Positions 8,746 through 19,003 of a DNA stretch of 64,000 nucleotides are shown here, piece after piece. This stretch comes from Nannocystales bacterium (GTDB lineage Bacteria > Myxococcota_A > Polyangia > Nannocystales > Nannocystaceae), in the NCBI GenBank assembly GCA_050633305.1, contig JBOEGF010000010.1:352001-416000 (forward strand), given 5' to 3'. The position numbers and the translations under genes were made by a program. The notes under the pieces were generated by a model that saw only the letters and a list, made by a program, of their open reading frames with translations, made no database searches and was not told the DNA's origin. How positions within the stretch are numbered: the stretch's first letter is position 1; every line of letters begins with the position of its first letter.

Positions 8746-10290
8746 ATGAGAAACCAGAACCGTAGTTACCCCTGGAGTTGTTCCCGCTATTGCGCCGCCT
8801 TCGCGGCGGTGCTGCCCTGGTTGGGCGCATGCGACGATTCTCCCCCTGGGCCACCAGTGGACGTCTTCGAGACCTACTCGTCGATTGAATCGGCCCCATG
8901 CTTGGCGAATATCACAGGTGCGGAGCAGGAGTGCTTCACGCTCACCGTCCCGGCAGACTGGGACAACCCGAGCCTCGAGGCTACGGTCGAAATCCACGCG
9001 ACGGTTGTCCGGACCAGCCAGACGCCTCAAGACACGACGCCAGTGGTCTATCTCCCAGGCGGGCCAGGCGGAGACCTACCCACGGACTTGACCGATGGGG
9101 CGGAGTTCATCAACCTGCTCGTCAGCGAGCGGCCTTTCGTGTTCTTCACACCGCGCGGTACGGTGGGCTCTCTGCCGAGCTTGGAATGCCCCGACATCGA
9201 AGCGGACAGTGAACTCCTCGGCGGCGCCGCTTGCATCGCAGAGCTTCGGGCAGCCGGTCAGGACCTTTCCGTCTTTACTTCGATGCAGAGTCGGCATGAC
9301 GTCGAGGCGCTCCGGCGGAACCTCGAGTACGAGCGCTGGCATGTCCTTGGCGAGTCCTACGGGACGGTGCTCGCCCAGTTGGTGATGGACTCCTACCCCG
9401 AGGGGATCGAATCCGTGGTGTTGGCATCGGTCGCGAAGTTGGACCCCGCGTCGTTCTTTTCGTTCGCGAAGAACATTCGAAGTCAGGTCGAAGCCTACTT
9501 CGAGGCCTGCGAGGCGGATGCGATGTGCACTGCGGCGTACCCGGAATTTCGGACTCGCTTCCTTGCGCTGCTGTCGACGCTCGACGAGGACCCGCTCCAG
9601 CTGCCGCTCCCGCAGGGGCAGTTTGTCCCCGGGCCGGATGGAGAGCTGGTGAACTACGTGACGCTGGATGCTTCGTGGCTTGTCTACACGGCGGCCGGGG
9701 AGTTGGCGCTCTCCGCGGAGACCATCGGGTTCATGCCTCGGCTTGTGGACGAGCTCGAACGAGGGGACACGACAACAGCGGCGGAGGTTCCGGCCGCGGA
9801 TATCTACCCCGAGCCACAACCGGGGGAGCCGAGCATCGCCGGGGCCGTCCGCGGCACCCTGGACGCCGGAGGATTCATCCTTCAGTGCAACGACACGTTC
9901 TCAGCGCTGTCCGCCTCGGGCGTCGTCCCGAACTTGGATGACCCGGTCGAGGCCGCACTCGCGGACCTGCCGGGGACGAGCTACGAGGAGTGGGCGGCGG
10001 TGTGTGATGAACTCGCGGATGGAGGTGGCCTCTCGATTCCGGCAGCCCCGGTCGAGTCATCACTCCCCACACTGCTACTCGGCGGCGCGTTTGACGATGC
10101 GACCCCGGCCCACTTCGCTGACGTGGTTGCGAGTCGGCTCTCGCGTGAGACGATCGTTGTCTCCCCAACCAGCGCTCATGGTGTGCTCTTCACGGAGTGT
10201 GGGCTCACGGCTGCGCTCACACACTTCCGAGAGCCCGGTGCTGTGGCGGCGGAGGCGTGTGACTCGGACGGTCCGATCACCTGGCACTGA
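8746..10290 (+). CDS. Secreted alpha/beta hydrolase (TAP-like), tandem paralog, lipoprotein
   Basis: Lipobox LGAC, PGGPGG, GESYG, GAFDDATP, AHG. Starts 12 bp after the upstream paralog. Confidence 0.85.
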   Translation: MRNQNRSYPWSCSRYCAAFAAVLPWLGACDDSPPGPPVDVFETYSSIESAPCLANITGAEQECFTLTVPADWDNPSLEATVEIHATVVRTSQTPQDTTPVVYLPGGPGGDLPTDLTDGAEFINLLVSERPFVFFTPRGTVGSLPSLECPDIEADSELLGGAACIAELRAAGQDLSVFTSMQSRHDVEALRRNLEYERWHVLGESYGTVLAQLVMDSYPEGIESVVLASVAKLDPASFFSFAKNIRSQVEAYFEACEADAMCTAAYPEFRTRFLALLSTLDEDPLQLPLPQGQFVPGPDGELVNYVTLDASWLVYTAAGELALSAETIGFMPRLVDELERGDTTTAAEVPAADIYPEPQPGEPSIAGAVRGTLDAGGFILQCNDTFSALSASGVVPNLDDPVEAALADLPGTSYEEWAAVCDELADGGGLSIPAAPVESSLPTLLLGGAFDDATPAHFADVVASRLSRETIVVSPTSAHGVLFTECGLTAALTHFREPGAVAAEACDSDGPITWH

Positions 10291-11638
10291 CGCGTCCCTG
10301 ACGGACGCCCGCGAAAGCGAGTCCAAACAGAGCGAAAAAACCGGCCCCGGTGTTGCGCGACCCCCCGACCGAACAACCTTCAGACCCGTTTGGGGGGCTG
10401 TTTTGGCCCGGGTCCGTGGCGGTATCGTCGGTCTCGGAGACCGGCGGCGGCTCTCCACTGGAGCTTCCGTCGGTGTCGGCTGTGACCTCGGTCGGTGTCA
10501 GCTCGGCCTCAATGCTGAAGGCGAAGGGTTCGGGGGAGATCGTTTCGGGGGACAGCGCGACCATCACATCGTGGCTTCCATCGAAGTCCGACAAGACCAG
10601 CTCGACCACTCCGTCGTCGCCGGATTGCGCGCCGACGTAGTCCTCGACCGATGCGCCCGGCACCGCGTTCTCAACCCGGGCGAGCGCCCCCTGCCATCGG
10701 ATGCTCTCGTCACCGAGAATACGAACCACCAAGTCGGAGTCCGGCTGCCCCAGTCCTTTGGGGACCCGGAAGAAAGTGATGCCGAGGCCCTCTGGGAAGT
10801 AGACGTCGGGAGGCGTCGCTGCGCCGGGAAGCGTGTCGAAGTCGAGGTGGGCGGGGAGCTGCGAGACCTCGGCGCCGATACTCAGATCGACGGTGCTGAC
10901 GTGCGCCATGTAGTCCGGCCAGAAAGTGTCGAAGCTGATGCCGATACCTTCGATCGCATCTCGAAAGAAGATCGGGTCTTCACCCTGCATCGAGCCCCAT
11001 TCCCACGTCTCACGCACGGTGTCCGGACCGCCGTAGTACTCGTCGATGAACATCGCGAGCACGGCGGTGCCGTACAGGTGCCCGGTTCGGTCTCCTGCGA
11101 TGAACTCGGAAAACTTGTGGTGCAACTGCCACTGCGGGTTGCCCAGGTAGGTCTCGACGACGGAGACGGTGCCCTGGACAGGCTGCAGCCGGTAAGACAT
11201 GTACTCGGCGGTGCCCTCCATCCACCAAGCCCACGCCGAAAGGCTCACACCAAAGGGCCCGGTGATGCCGTACTGAAACGCGTGCCCGAGCTCGTGTGCC
11301 GTGGTGTTGAGGTGGTTGCCGGAGGTGAAGGCCGGCTCGTAGACCGAACACCGTGGAAGGTCTATGCCGTCGCATTCGACGGTGATGCATCGCCCGAACG
11401 CGGAGTCGTCCGTGAAATCTGCGATGACGGAGAATGGTCCCGGAGGCGCGGGCCAGTTGAAGGTCTCCACATAGTCGTTCCAAGCCGCATCGGCCTCATC
11501 CACAACGGCCTGCGCGGTGGCCTGCGAGATGTTCTCGTCGTACTCCACCCATACGTGCTCGCCTTCGATCTGTTCGGGTTGAGAAAACCCGTAGCAGGGC
11601 TCGGCGGCGAAGAGTGCAGTTGTGAGCAGCAGGAACAC
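10277..11638 (-). CDS. Secreted zinc metallopeptidase (HExxH) with a MYXO-CTERM tail
   Basis: TTAHELGHAFQY followed by WWMEGTAEY (gluzincin-like). C-terminus GCSVGG...FFALFGLAFAGVRQGR. Confidence 0.8.
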   Translation of the reverse strand: MFLLLTTALFAAEPCYGFSQPEQIEGEHVWVEYDENISQATAQAVVDEADAAWNDYVETFNWPAPPGPFSVIADFTDDSAFGRCITVECDGIDLPRCSVYEPAFTSGNHLNTTAHELGHAFQYGITGPFGVSLSAWAWWMEGTAEYMSYRLQPVQGTVSVVETYLGNPQWQLHHKFSEFIAGDRTGHLYGTAVLAMFIDEYYGGPDTVRETWEWGSMQGEDPIFFRDAIEGIGISFDTFWPDYMAHVSTVDLSIGAEVSQLPAHLDFDTLPGAATPPDVYFPEGLGITFFRVPKGLGQPDSDLVVRILGDESIRWQGALARVENAVPGASVEDYVGAQSGDDGVVELVLSDFDGSHDVMVALSPETISPEPFAFSIEAELTPTEVTADTDGSSSGEPPPVSETDDTATDPGQNSPPNGSEGCSVGGSRNTGAGFFALFGLAFAGVRQGRVSAR

Positions 11639-11705
11639 TGCGGGTAGTGCAGCCTAGATTGGCGAATCACTCAAGCTGCGACTTCAACGCCGGGGTTGGC
11701 CCGCT

Positions 11706-12647
11706 CTAACCCCCGGTGGCCACAGCGGCTTGTTGTTGTTTCTGTTTGCGGGCTACGACGACCGAGACGATGCTCATCAGCACGAAGATGAACCCGACCA
11801 GGCCGATGCCGAGGTAAAGATCCAGCGAGGTGTCGGCCTGGTACTCGATCTCGACGGAGTCCTCTGCGAGGTCGATGCCGTTGTTGTTGCGCAGATAGTC
11901 GGCCTCATCGGTGGGGAGCCCTTCCCACATCACGGTTCGAAGGACCCCATCGACTCCAGTCGCGGGGTCGAGCCCCGCGGCTTCGGCTGCGCTCAGCTCG
12001 TGGGTCTTGAGCACGACATGGACCGGGTCGCCGGTCTCCCAGTCTTCGGGGACCAAGGGGATGGCCCACTCAATTGTGGTGCTGCCTTCGGACGTCGTCT
12101 CGATCTGCAGCGCCGCATCGATCAGGAACTGTCCCTCCTTCACCGTGACGTTCCGGCTCTCGGGAGAAAACTCGGCGTCGCCAAGCTGGGCGACGGTGAC
12201 TTCGGCGTGGCCGCTGTCGATTCCGTGGATGATCCACGGGAGGACCATCACCAGTGTGCCCAATGTAAAGAGGGCGGTCATGACGACGGGGATGATCGCC
12301 GAGATGTTGGTGGCCCCCATCATCCGGTGGGCGGTCTGGGAATCGTATCGGCGTAGGTCGGTCTCCGGACGGTAGTGCGCGATCGTGTCGACGAACCGGC
12401 GGAACTCCGGGTCGCCCATGTTGGCGTTGGCCCGATAGATCTTCGTCTTCCCCGGGGCGGTCTCGTGGCAGATGAGGACCTCTTCGGCTTGATCGCCGTG
12501 GCGGACGACGTACACGTGTTTGATCGCAGCCAACGTCGTGTTCAGCTTCCGCAGGCCCATGGTCACCTGCACCCCGCCGTTGCCGTCGATGACGGCGGAG
12601 ACGCCGATGACCATGTACTTGAAGTTGAACTGCTGCGGCTGCACCAC
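11706..12647 (-). CDS. Hypothetical membrane protein (two TM segments)
   Basis: Protein-like 3' part of ORF 11706..13817 with two hydrophobic helices. The upstream part is the antisense shadow of the ELWxxDGT gene. Start placed at GTG near 12647. Confidence 0.7.
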   Translation of the reverse strand: MVQPQQFNFKYMVIGVSAVIDGNGGVQVTMGLRKLNTTLAAIKHVYVVRHGDQAEEVLICHETAPGKTKIYRANANMGDPEFRRFVDTIAHYRPETDLRRYDSQTAHRMMGATNISAIIPVVMTALFTLGTLVMVLPWIIHGIDSGHAEVTVAQLGDAEFSPESRNVTVKEGQFLIDAALQIETTSEGSTTIEWAIPLVPEDWETGDPVHVVLKTHELSAAEAAGLDPATGVDGVLRTVMWEGLPTDEADYLRNNNGIDLAEDSVEIEYQADTSLDLYLGIGLVGFIFVLMSIVSVVVARKQKQQQAAVATGG

Positions 12648-12771
12648 GCTCGACGGTACCGAACACCGAGGGCGATGAGGAGGCCCGATTCCGCTCACTC
12701 GGCGGTCGAAGTGGCCCCGGTGTTGTCGCGGTCGTCCACGCGAACCGGACTCGACGCGGTACGATCTCCGC

Positions 12772-14532
12772 ATGATGCGGACTTGGGGATGGATGCTCGG
12801 GCTTGCCGTGGTGGGGTGTGGGGGCTCCGTTGCCGCGGACACAGATACCGATACTGAAGGGGGGATGGGCACGGACGACTCGACCGCCGGGACAAACCCG
12901 ACCGGGATGGTGACCGTGACCAGCGGTTCAACCGGGACCCCCGAGGGGTCGACGACAAACGCAGAGACCGGGGCGACGACGGCGGTCGACGGGTCCAGCT
13001 CCGGCGGCGTGTTGTCGGTCACGGTGAGCGGGGTCGTGTCGGGACTCAACGGATCGATCACGCTCCAGAACAACGAGGGCGACGAGCTCACCCTGGAGGC
13101 GGACGGACCGTTCACATTCGAGACTCCACTCGAGGTCGGGGAGTCGTACTCGGTGACCGCATCCGAGATCCCCGGCGTGCAGTTGTGCGTTGTTGACCGC
13201 GCGGAGGGGAATGCCGACGAGGATGTCGCGGACGTGGCCGTCCGGTGCGGAAACAAAGCGATCTTCGACGGTCGCACGCAGGCAGACGGCTCCGAGCCCT
13301 GGATCACGGACGGCACGGACGCGGGCACATTCATGCTGGCTGACGTGAACGTTGGCGGTGGGAGCTCCGACCCGTTGTTTGTCGCCGGGGTTGGCGGCCG
13401 ACTCCTGTTTAGCGCCCGTACGAGCGCGACCGGAACCGAGCTGTGGAGTACGGACGGAACGCCTGAGGGCACGGTGATGCTGGAGGAGATCGAGTCCGGC
13501 CCGGTAAGCTCGGGGGCGGTGACGGCTGGGGTGCTCGACGGCTTGTTATACCTGCAGGTTCGAGGAGCGCTTTGGGTCACGGACGGACAGCCCGGAGGGG
13601 TCATGGAGCAGTTCTTCGACCCCGAGCCGTCGACGCAAAACAACATCTCCGGTGCGGCGGTGCTGGGCGACCTCATCATCTTCCAGGCCCAGCTGGCGGG
13701 TGATCGGGAACCATGGGTGACCGATGGAACCGAGGGGGGGACGATGCTGCTGGCGGATCTCAACACAGAAGGCAGCTCGGAGCCGGCCTTCTTCCGAAAA
13801 GCACTCGGTGGCCTCATCTACTTCACGGCGCTCACCGAGGACGGCCGTGAGGTCTGGGCGACCGATGGTACGGCCGCAGGAACGCTACAGGTCCTGGATG
13901 CGCAGCCGGGGCCGGCGGGGTCCAGCCCGGTGATCTCCGGGTCGCTCGGTGACCAGGTCCTGTTTAGTGCTTCGGTGCCCGGGCAGCTTTCCGAGCCCTT
14001 CATCTCCGACGGGACGCCGAGGGGGACCGTGTCCCTCGGAGACCTCAACCCCAACGGAAACTCGGAGGCGTTTGGCTTCACAACGGTCGGTTCGGCTGCG
14101 GTCTTTCGGGCCACCGACGGCATGCTCGGCCGGGAACTCTGGGTTACGGACGGAACTCCGGAGGGGACCGAACTCCTTGTGGATATCGACGAAGGCGGGG
14201 TGACCGGGTTTGATAGCGGCGCTTTGTACGTCCCTGCGAACCCCAGCCTCGATGGCGACCCGTGGGTGGTGTTTGCGGCGAACAACGGGGAGGATGGGCT
14301 CGAGTTGTGGGCCACGGATGGCACCGCCGAAGGGACGCAGATGTTGCTCGACGTTTCCCCGGGTCCCAGCTGGAGCTCCCCGGAACAGCTTCAGCCCGTG
14401 GGTCCGGACCTCCTGTTCTTCTTCGCAAGCTCGCTTGAGGAGGGCTGCGAACCCTTCGTGACCGATGGGACGCCCGGCGGCACCGTCGCCCTGCCACCGG
14501 TATTTCCCGGTCCCGGCGATGGTTGCGGCTGA
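12772..14532 (+). CDS. ELWxxDGT-repeat lipoprotein (probable beta-propeller)
   Basis: Lipobox VVGC, Thr/Gly/Ser linker, about nine E(L/P)WxTDGT-like repeats. Confidence 0.9.
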   Translation: MMRTWGWMLGLAVVGCGGSVAADTDTDTEGGMGTDDSTAGTNPTGMVTVTSGSTGTPEGSTTNAETGATTAVDGSSSGGVLSVTVSGVVSGLNGSITLQNNEGDELTLEADGPFTFETPLEVGESYSVTASEIPGVQLCVVDRAEGNADEDVADVAVRCGNKAIFDGRTQADGSEPWITDGTDAGTFMLADVNVGGGSSDPLFVAGVGGRLLFSARTSATGTELWSTDGTPEGTVMLEEIESGPVSSGAVTAGVLDGLLYLQVRGALWVTDGQPGGVMEQFFDPEPSTQNNISGAAVLGDLIIFQAQLAGDREPWVTDGTEGGTMLLADLNTEGSSEPAFFRKALGGLIYFTALTEDGREVWATDGTAAGTLQVLDAQPGPAGSSPVISGSLGDQVLFSASVPGQLSEPFISDGTPRGTVSLGDLNPNGNSEAFGFTTVGSAAVFRATDGMLGRELWVTDGTPEGTELLVDIDEGGVTGFDSGALYVPANPSLDGDPWVVFAANNGEDGLELWATDGTAEGTQMLLDVSPGPSWSSPEQLQPVGPDLLFFFASSLEEGCEPFVTDGTPGGTVALPPVFPGPGDGCG

Positions 14533-14831
14533 GTGCTGCGCCGGGGGGTGGTCCGTGCGCCATCGCCCGGGTCCTCGTGCCTGGGCACGATCTCGATCCG
14601 CGGGCTTGGCATCCCGCTTCATCGCAGAATGGGCGTTCGCCGAGCGCCGCGGTCCGGCGGCCATGGTCGAGAACCGGTTGCCCGACCCGGTGCAGACGCT
14701 GTTCACGGACGTCTGAGGGCGACGCTCGAGGTTCGCGCGCCATGTGGGTTCGGCTGCCACCGCTCGGCGCGGTCCTGTCCCCTGGCACCACCGAGCGTCG
14801 CAGGCTGGACAGCCGCCGCTATAGTTGAAGG

Positions 14832-17800
14832 GTGCTTCGACGTCTCGCACCCGTTGCAGCGCTCGCCGCCGTTTTGGGTTGCTCCGAGCGCCCCCGGGCC
14901 GCTGAATCGACCTCGGCGTCGAGTCTGTTGATCCTACCGACCGCCGCTGACCCCGCGATGGAGCGGCTGTCGGTGGAGGCGAGCGCATACTTGGAACGCA
15001 TCACCGGGGATGTCCCCCGCATCGAGCAGACCGACGACTGGAATCGCGCCCGGACCCTGGCGCGAGACGCCCGGACTCCGCTGGTGGTCGTTTTGGACGC
15101 GTCGAACCTCCTGCCCGAGCGCTACGACGGCCCGCGCCTCGAGGCGCTCGGAGAATCGGGGTTTGTGCTCGACGCCTTCGAAGAGGGTTCTTGGCGCTCC
15201 ACCGACGGTGGATTCGGCTCGGCCTTTGTCATGCTCGATGGCAACACCGTGCTCGCGCAGCAGTACGCACTGTACGAGTCGTTGCGCCGGCTGGGTGTTC
15301 GGTTCTTCCATCCGGAGCACGAGTTCGTTCCGGAGCACGCCCTCGCCGACCTGCGACCGCTCGCGTTGCGCCCCACCGCGCTGCATCGTGAAGGGCTCGA
15401 CTACATCCCCGACTACGCGTGGCGGTCCTGGTCGTTTCATGGCTCGCACCCGCTCGAGCACCTCGAGTCCTTCTCCGACGGCGACGTGCCCATCGACGAG
15501 GCCCGCAACGTCAACGCGTGGATCGTGAAGAACCGCGGCAATCGCTTTCGTGGAGCCGGGCGAGGTGTGGCCTCCGACGAGTCGCGCGCGCGTAGGGTCG
15601 ATGAACTCGAGGCGCTGCGCACGGACATGGGGTTTGCGCGGGGCACGGGCATCACGCTGCACAACGAACAACAAGGTGCCAGCGCCGAGATCGATCCCAC
15701 CCGTCCCGAGCCCGTTCAAGAGCAGATCGAAACACTGGTCGCGCGCAAACTCGCGGAGGTTCCCGACGCGCGGTGGTTCGGGATTCACTTCGGCCCCACC
15801 GAGTTCACGACGACACCCGACCAGCAAACCGTGCAGTGGATGGAGTGGGCAGGGGCCAAGGCGTTGGAGCTTCGCCCCGACATCGATGTGTTGATCAACG
15901 TGCACATCACCGGGAGCCAGCCCACGCCGAACTTCGGCGACCAGGGGTGCGCGCCCGGGACCAACACCGACGGTCTTGGCGACTACTACGACCTCGCGTT
16001 TCAGACCGACCCGGGGCTGGGCGTTTCGGTGCACACGGTGATGTTCTACCCGCTCGAGGGGGAGGCTCGTGTCTACAACCAGCAGACCTTCAGCCACAAA
16101 CTGTGCTTGATGGAGCGGGCCTCGGCACAGGGACGGCCGATGCAGTGGTTTCCGGAGGGATCGTGGTGGCTCAGCTTCGACAACAGCGTCCCCGTCTACC
16201 TTCCGCTGTACCTGTGGACTCGGCATCGAGACGTCGAGCTCACCAAACACCTGCTCGCCGCGCGTGGTCGGGGCACGCTGTACTCGCACCGTATGTTCAA
16301 CTCCGGGCACGAGTGGGGCTACTGGCAGCAGGACTACGCTGTCGGACTGTGGGCGTGGAACGTGGACGTCTCGCTGCGCGCTGCGCTCGGGGAGATGTTC
16401 GACCCGCTTTGCGCACCGTCGCAGTGGGAAGGGTGCGAGGCTCGGGCCGAAGCGATCGAGGTGCTCGAGGCGGTGATGGATCACCAGCGCGAGTTTTTTC
16501 TCGAGCGGACGGATTGGCAGGGGCGACCCGGTGGCCTCTACAGCTACTTCGCAGGGGAGGACCAAGCCGACGAGATCGCGGCGGCCAGTGGCTTCGAGTT
16601 CCGGCCGGTCCGGGTGCCGTTCTCCACGGTGCACGGCTGGGATGGCGAACAGCTGGATGTGTTCGAAACTACCGACCTGACGGCGCTCGCCGAAGCGGCC
16701 ACCCTCGGCCACGGCTGGGCGGACAGGCTCGAAGCACTGCAGGTGCCCGAAGCTGGCCAGCCCTGGTTGGACGAGCTCATCGATGGGGTCCGCATCAACG
16801 CTTTGAGAGCCGAGCACACCGAGGCGCTGTATCGGGCGATCGTGGCAGATCGCCGAGGGGAGCTCGCCGGGGCCCAGCCGCCACACACGGATGCCGATGC
16901 CCAGTTCGCCGTGGCCGAGGCTGCGTTCGAGGCGAGCGAAGCGGTCATCCGAAGGCGTGAGGCCGCGTATCGCTATCCCGCCGAGCAGGTTCTCGGCGGA
17001 GGGCTTTCACCGGACACGGCCGTGGCCAACGGCACCACCTACGGATACCGCGTCCACACCAAGACGCACCTGCTCACCTACTGGCAGAACCGGCACGACG
17101 AGGTCGCCGTGATCCTAGGGGGCGGCTCGGTCGACGCGGCGATGTCGGTCCGCTTCGAGGATTCGATGACCGCGGTGGGTGCAGCGCTGGATCTGTCGTG
17201 GCCCGATATCCTCGACCTCGCCGGGACGGTCTCGGTCGGTGCGGAGCAAGTGGGACCCGACGACGCCGAGCTCAACCTGGGGGACGAGCCCGGGTACTGG
17301 GCGGTCGATGGCGAGCTCACCACGAACGGGGCACCGCTTCCTGTCTCGGGCGCCGTGGTGCGGTCGGCCATCCTGGGCGAGACCCCCGTGGGCGGTCTGC
17401 AACTCGAGCAGCCTGTCGCCCCGTTGGCTCAGACTGCGCTCGCATTCGTGATGCCCCCGCTGCGCTGGGGGTGGATCCCCGATGGTCCGGCGTTGGCTCT
17501 GGGCTACGACCCGGACGAGAATGGCTCCATCCTGCACGAGCACGTGCAACGCGCGGACGTGGCGAGTGGGGGCGAGGCCGGCTTCATCACCGAGCCGTTC
17601 TCGCTGACCATCCCGGTACAACGTAGCGGGGGAACAGTGCTGTACATCCGTGTCCAGCAGGCAGTGATCGCCGGGGCCGTCGAGACAGACGCGTTCTCCG
17701 ATGTCCTGGCTGTCACAGGCGAGATCCGGGTGGACGACCTGGTCACGGTTCTTGTGGAAATTGGCGGTTTCGACGGCGTTGGAGCCCTCGCGACGCTCTC

Positions 17801-17885
17801 GGAGATCCTGGACTTCGACCCCGTGCGTCCGCCTGTCACTGTCCCTTTGGCGGGGCAGTTCGAGGTGCAACGTTCGGCGCCGTAG
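14832..17885 (+). CDS. Large lipoprotein, possible glycoside-hydrolase-like enzyme
   Basis: 1017 aa, lipobox VLGC. YALYESLRRLGVRFFHP followed by PDYAWRSWSFHGSH resembles the N-terminal domain to barrel junction of GH20/GH67-like proteins. Confidence 0.6.
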   Translation: MLRRLAPVAALAAVLGCSERPRAAESTSASSLLILPTAADPAMERLSVEASAYLERITGDVPRIEQTDDWNRARTLARDARTPLVVVLDASNLLPERYDGPRLEALGESGFVLDAFEEGSWRSTDGGFGSAFVMLDGNTVLAQQYALYESLRRLGVRFFHPEHEFVPEHALADLRPLALRPTALHREGLDYIPDYAWRSWSFHGSHPLEHLESFSDGDVPIDEARNVNAWIVKNRGNRFRGAGRGVASDESRARRVDELEALRTDMGFARGTGITLHNEQQGASAEIDPTRPEPVQEQIETLVARKLAEVPDARWFGIHFGPTEFTTTPDQQTVQWMEWAGAKALELRPDIDVLINVHITGSQPTPNFGDQGCAPGTNTDGLGDYYDLAFQTDPGLGVSVHTVMFYPLEGEARVYNQQTFSHKLCLMERASAQGRPMQWFPEGSWWLSFDNSVPVYLPLYLWTRHRDVELTKHLLAARGRGTLYSHRMFNSGHEWGYWQQDYAVGLWAWNVDVSLRAALGEMFDPLCAPSQWEGCEARAEAIEVLEAVMDHQREFFLERTDWQGRPGGLYSYFAGEDQADEIAAASGFEFRPVRVPFSTVHGWDGEQLDVFETTDLTALAEAATLGHGWADRLEALQVPEAGQPWLDELIDGVRINALRAEHTEALYRAIVADRRGELAGAQPPHTDADAQFAVAEAAFEASEAVIRRREAAYRYPAEQVLGGGLSPDTAVANGTTYGYRVHTKTHLLTYWQNRHDEVAVILGGGSVDAAMSVRFEDSMTAVGAALDLSWPDILDLAGTVSVGAEQVGPDDAELNLGDEPGYWAVDGELTTNGAPLPVSGAVVRSAILGETPVGGLQLEQPVAPLAQTALAFVMPPLRWGWIPDGPALALGYDPDENGSILHEHVQRADVASGGEAGFITEPFSLTIPVQRSGGTVLYIRVQQAVIAGAVETDAFSDVLAVTGEIRVDDLVTVLVEIGGFDGVGALATLSEILDFDPVRPPVTVPLAGQFEVQRSAP

Positions 17886-17903
17886 GGGTGTAGACTCCAC
17901 CTG

Positions 17904-18881
17904 ATGAACGCCGTGGCTTGGTGGCTTCAGGATCCAACGGGAACGCGACGCGAGATCGGCGCGCGCGGCCTGTTGATCGGACGCGCGTCCGACTGCGACA
18001 TCGTTGTCGCCGAGCCCGAGGTCAGCCGTCATCAGATGCTGGTCCACCTCGAGTCCGGCGAGCCTCGGATGGTTCCGCTCGGAGCCGCGCCGTGCCTGGT
18101 CGATGGGAAAGCGGTCGACGCGCCGGTGAGTGTCGCCGAGGGGGTCACCCTTCGCATCGGTGAGCTCGAGCTTTCCGTGATCGCCGAGCCGAAGGAAGAC
18201 GATGGCCCGCGATGGCTGGTGCAGATGGTCGGGGGTGGCCTGTACTCCGTCGCGAAAGAACGCTTCACCATCGGGGGCGGAACCGGCGACGACCTCCGGA
18301 CGGATGCTCTCGCCCAAGGCGCGGTCACGCTCAGTCCTCGCGACGGGTTCGTTGCCGTCGAGGCCAACGTCGCCAACGTGAAGGTCGCGGGAAAGCTTCT
18401 CGAGGAAGGGGACGTGGGAACAGCGCGGGTCGGCGACCTGGTCAAAGCTGGGGGCCTCGCGCTTCGGGTCCTGGCAGGCGACTCCTCCTCCGCGGAGACC
18501 ACCCGGCATCATCTGCGCCCTGAGCCCGGGGCGACTTCGGTCACGCTCACGTTCTTGCCCCGTGGGGGTCGCGTCGAGATGCGCGTCGAAAAGCGCACCG
18601 TCACCGTCTACTTGGCCGAGCGCCGCTGCAACCTCATCGCAGCCCTGCTTCAGCCGCCGTCTGACTTCGCTCCGGGGGACTTCGTGGACGACGAAGTCGT
18701 CATTCCGCGGGTGTGGCCCAACCAGAGCAAGAGCCGAACCGACCTCAACACCTTGCTCCATAGGGTCCGGAAAGACCTGATCGGCGCCGGGGTCGATGGG
18801 GCTGGCTTGGTGGAGCGGGCCGAAGGTGGCGGTGCCACCCGATTCCGTCTCGGCAAAGATGCCGTCGTGAGCGTCGAGTAA
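17904..18881 (+). CDS. FHA-domain protein with a C-terminal winged-helix-like domain
   Basis: LIGRASDCDIV...VSRHQ FHA motif. C-terminal VIPRVWP...LNTLLHRVRKDL resembles an OmpR-type wHTH. Confidence 0.75.
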   Translation: MNAVAWWLQDPTGTRREIGARGLLIGRASDCDIVVAEPEVSRHQMLVHLESGEPRMVPLGAAPCLVDGKAVDAPVSVAEGVTLRIGELELSVIAEPKEDDGPRWLVQMVGGGLYSVAKERFTIGGGTGDDLRTDALAQGAVTLSPRDGFVAVEANVANVKVAGKLLEEGDVGTARVGDLVKAGGLALRVLAGDSSSAETTRHHLRPEPGATSVTLTFLPRGGRVEMRVEKRTVTVYLAERRCNLIAALLQPPSDFAPGDFVDDEVVIPRVWPNQSKSRTDLNTLLHRVRKDLIGAGVDGAGLVERAEGGGATRFRLGKDAVVSVE

Positions 18882-19003
18882 CCTCCCCGGCGCTCCGCTT
18901 CGCGCAAGCCACCAACATCCGGGAACCCCTTGTCTGCGGAGTGAAAGGCCCGTGCCAGGCACTGGGGCTGAGCCCAAGCCTGGTCCGTCGCGAGATATCG
19001 CGG

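Noticed and set aside
13290..14480. Regularly recurring ACCGATGG/ACGGACGG-like DNA motifs suggesting a repeat array or CRISPR
   Set aside because: They are degenerate codons of the ELWxxDGT protein repeats, not identical direct repeats with spacers.
14521..14560. TGA after ...DGCG at the end of the ELWxxDGT gene as a second Sec codon
   Set aside because: No redox-family context, no convincing SECIS, and the read-through sequence is not protein-like.
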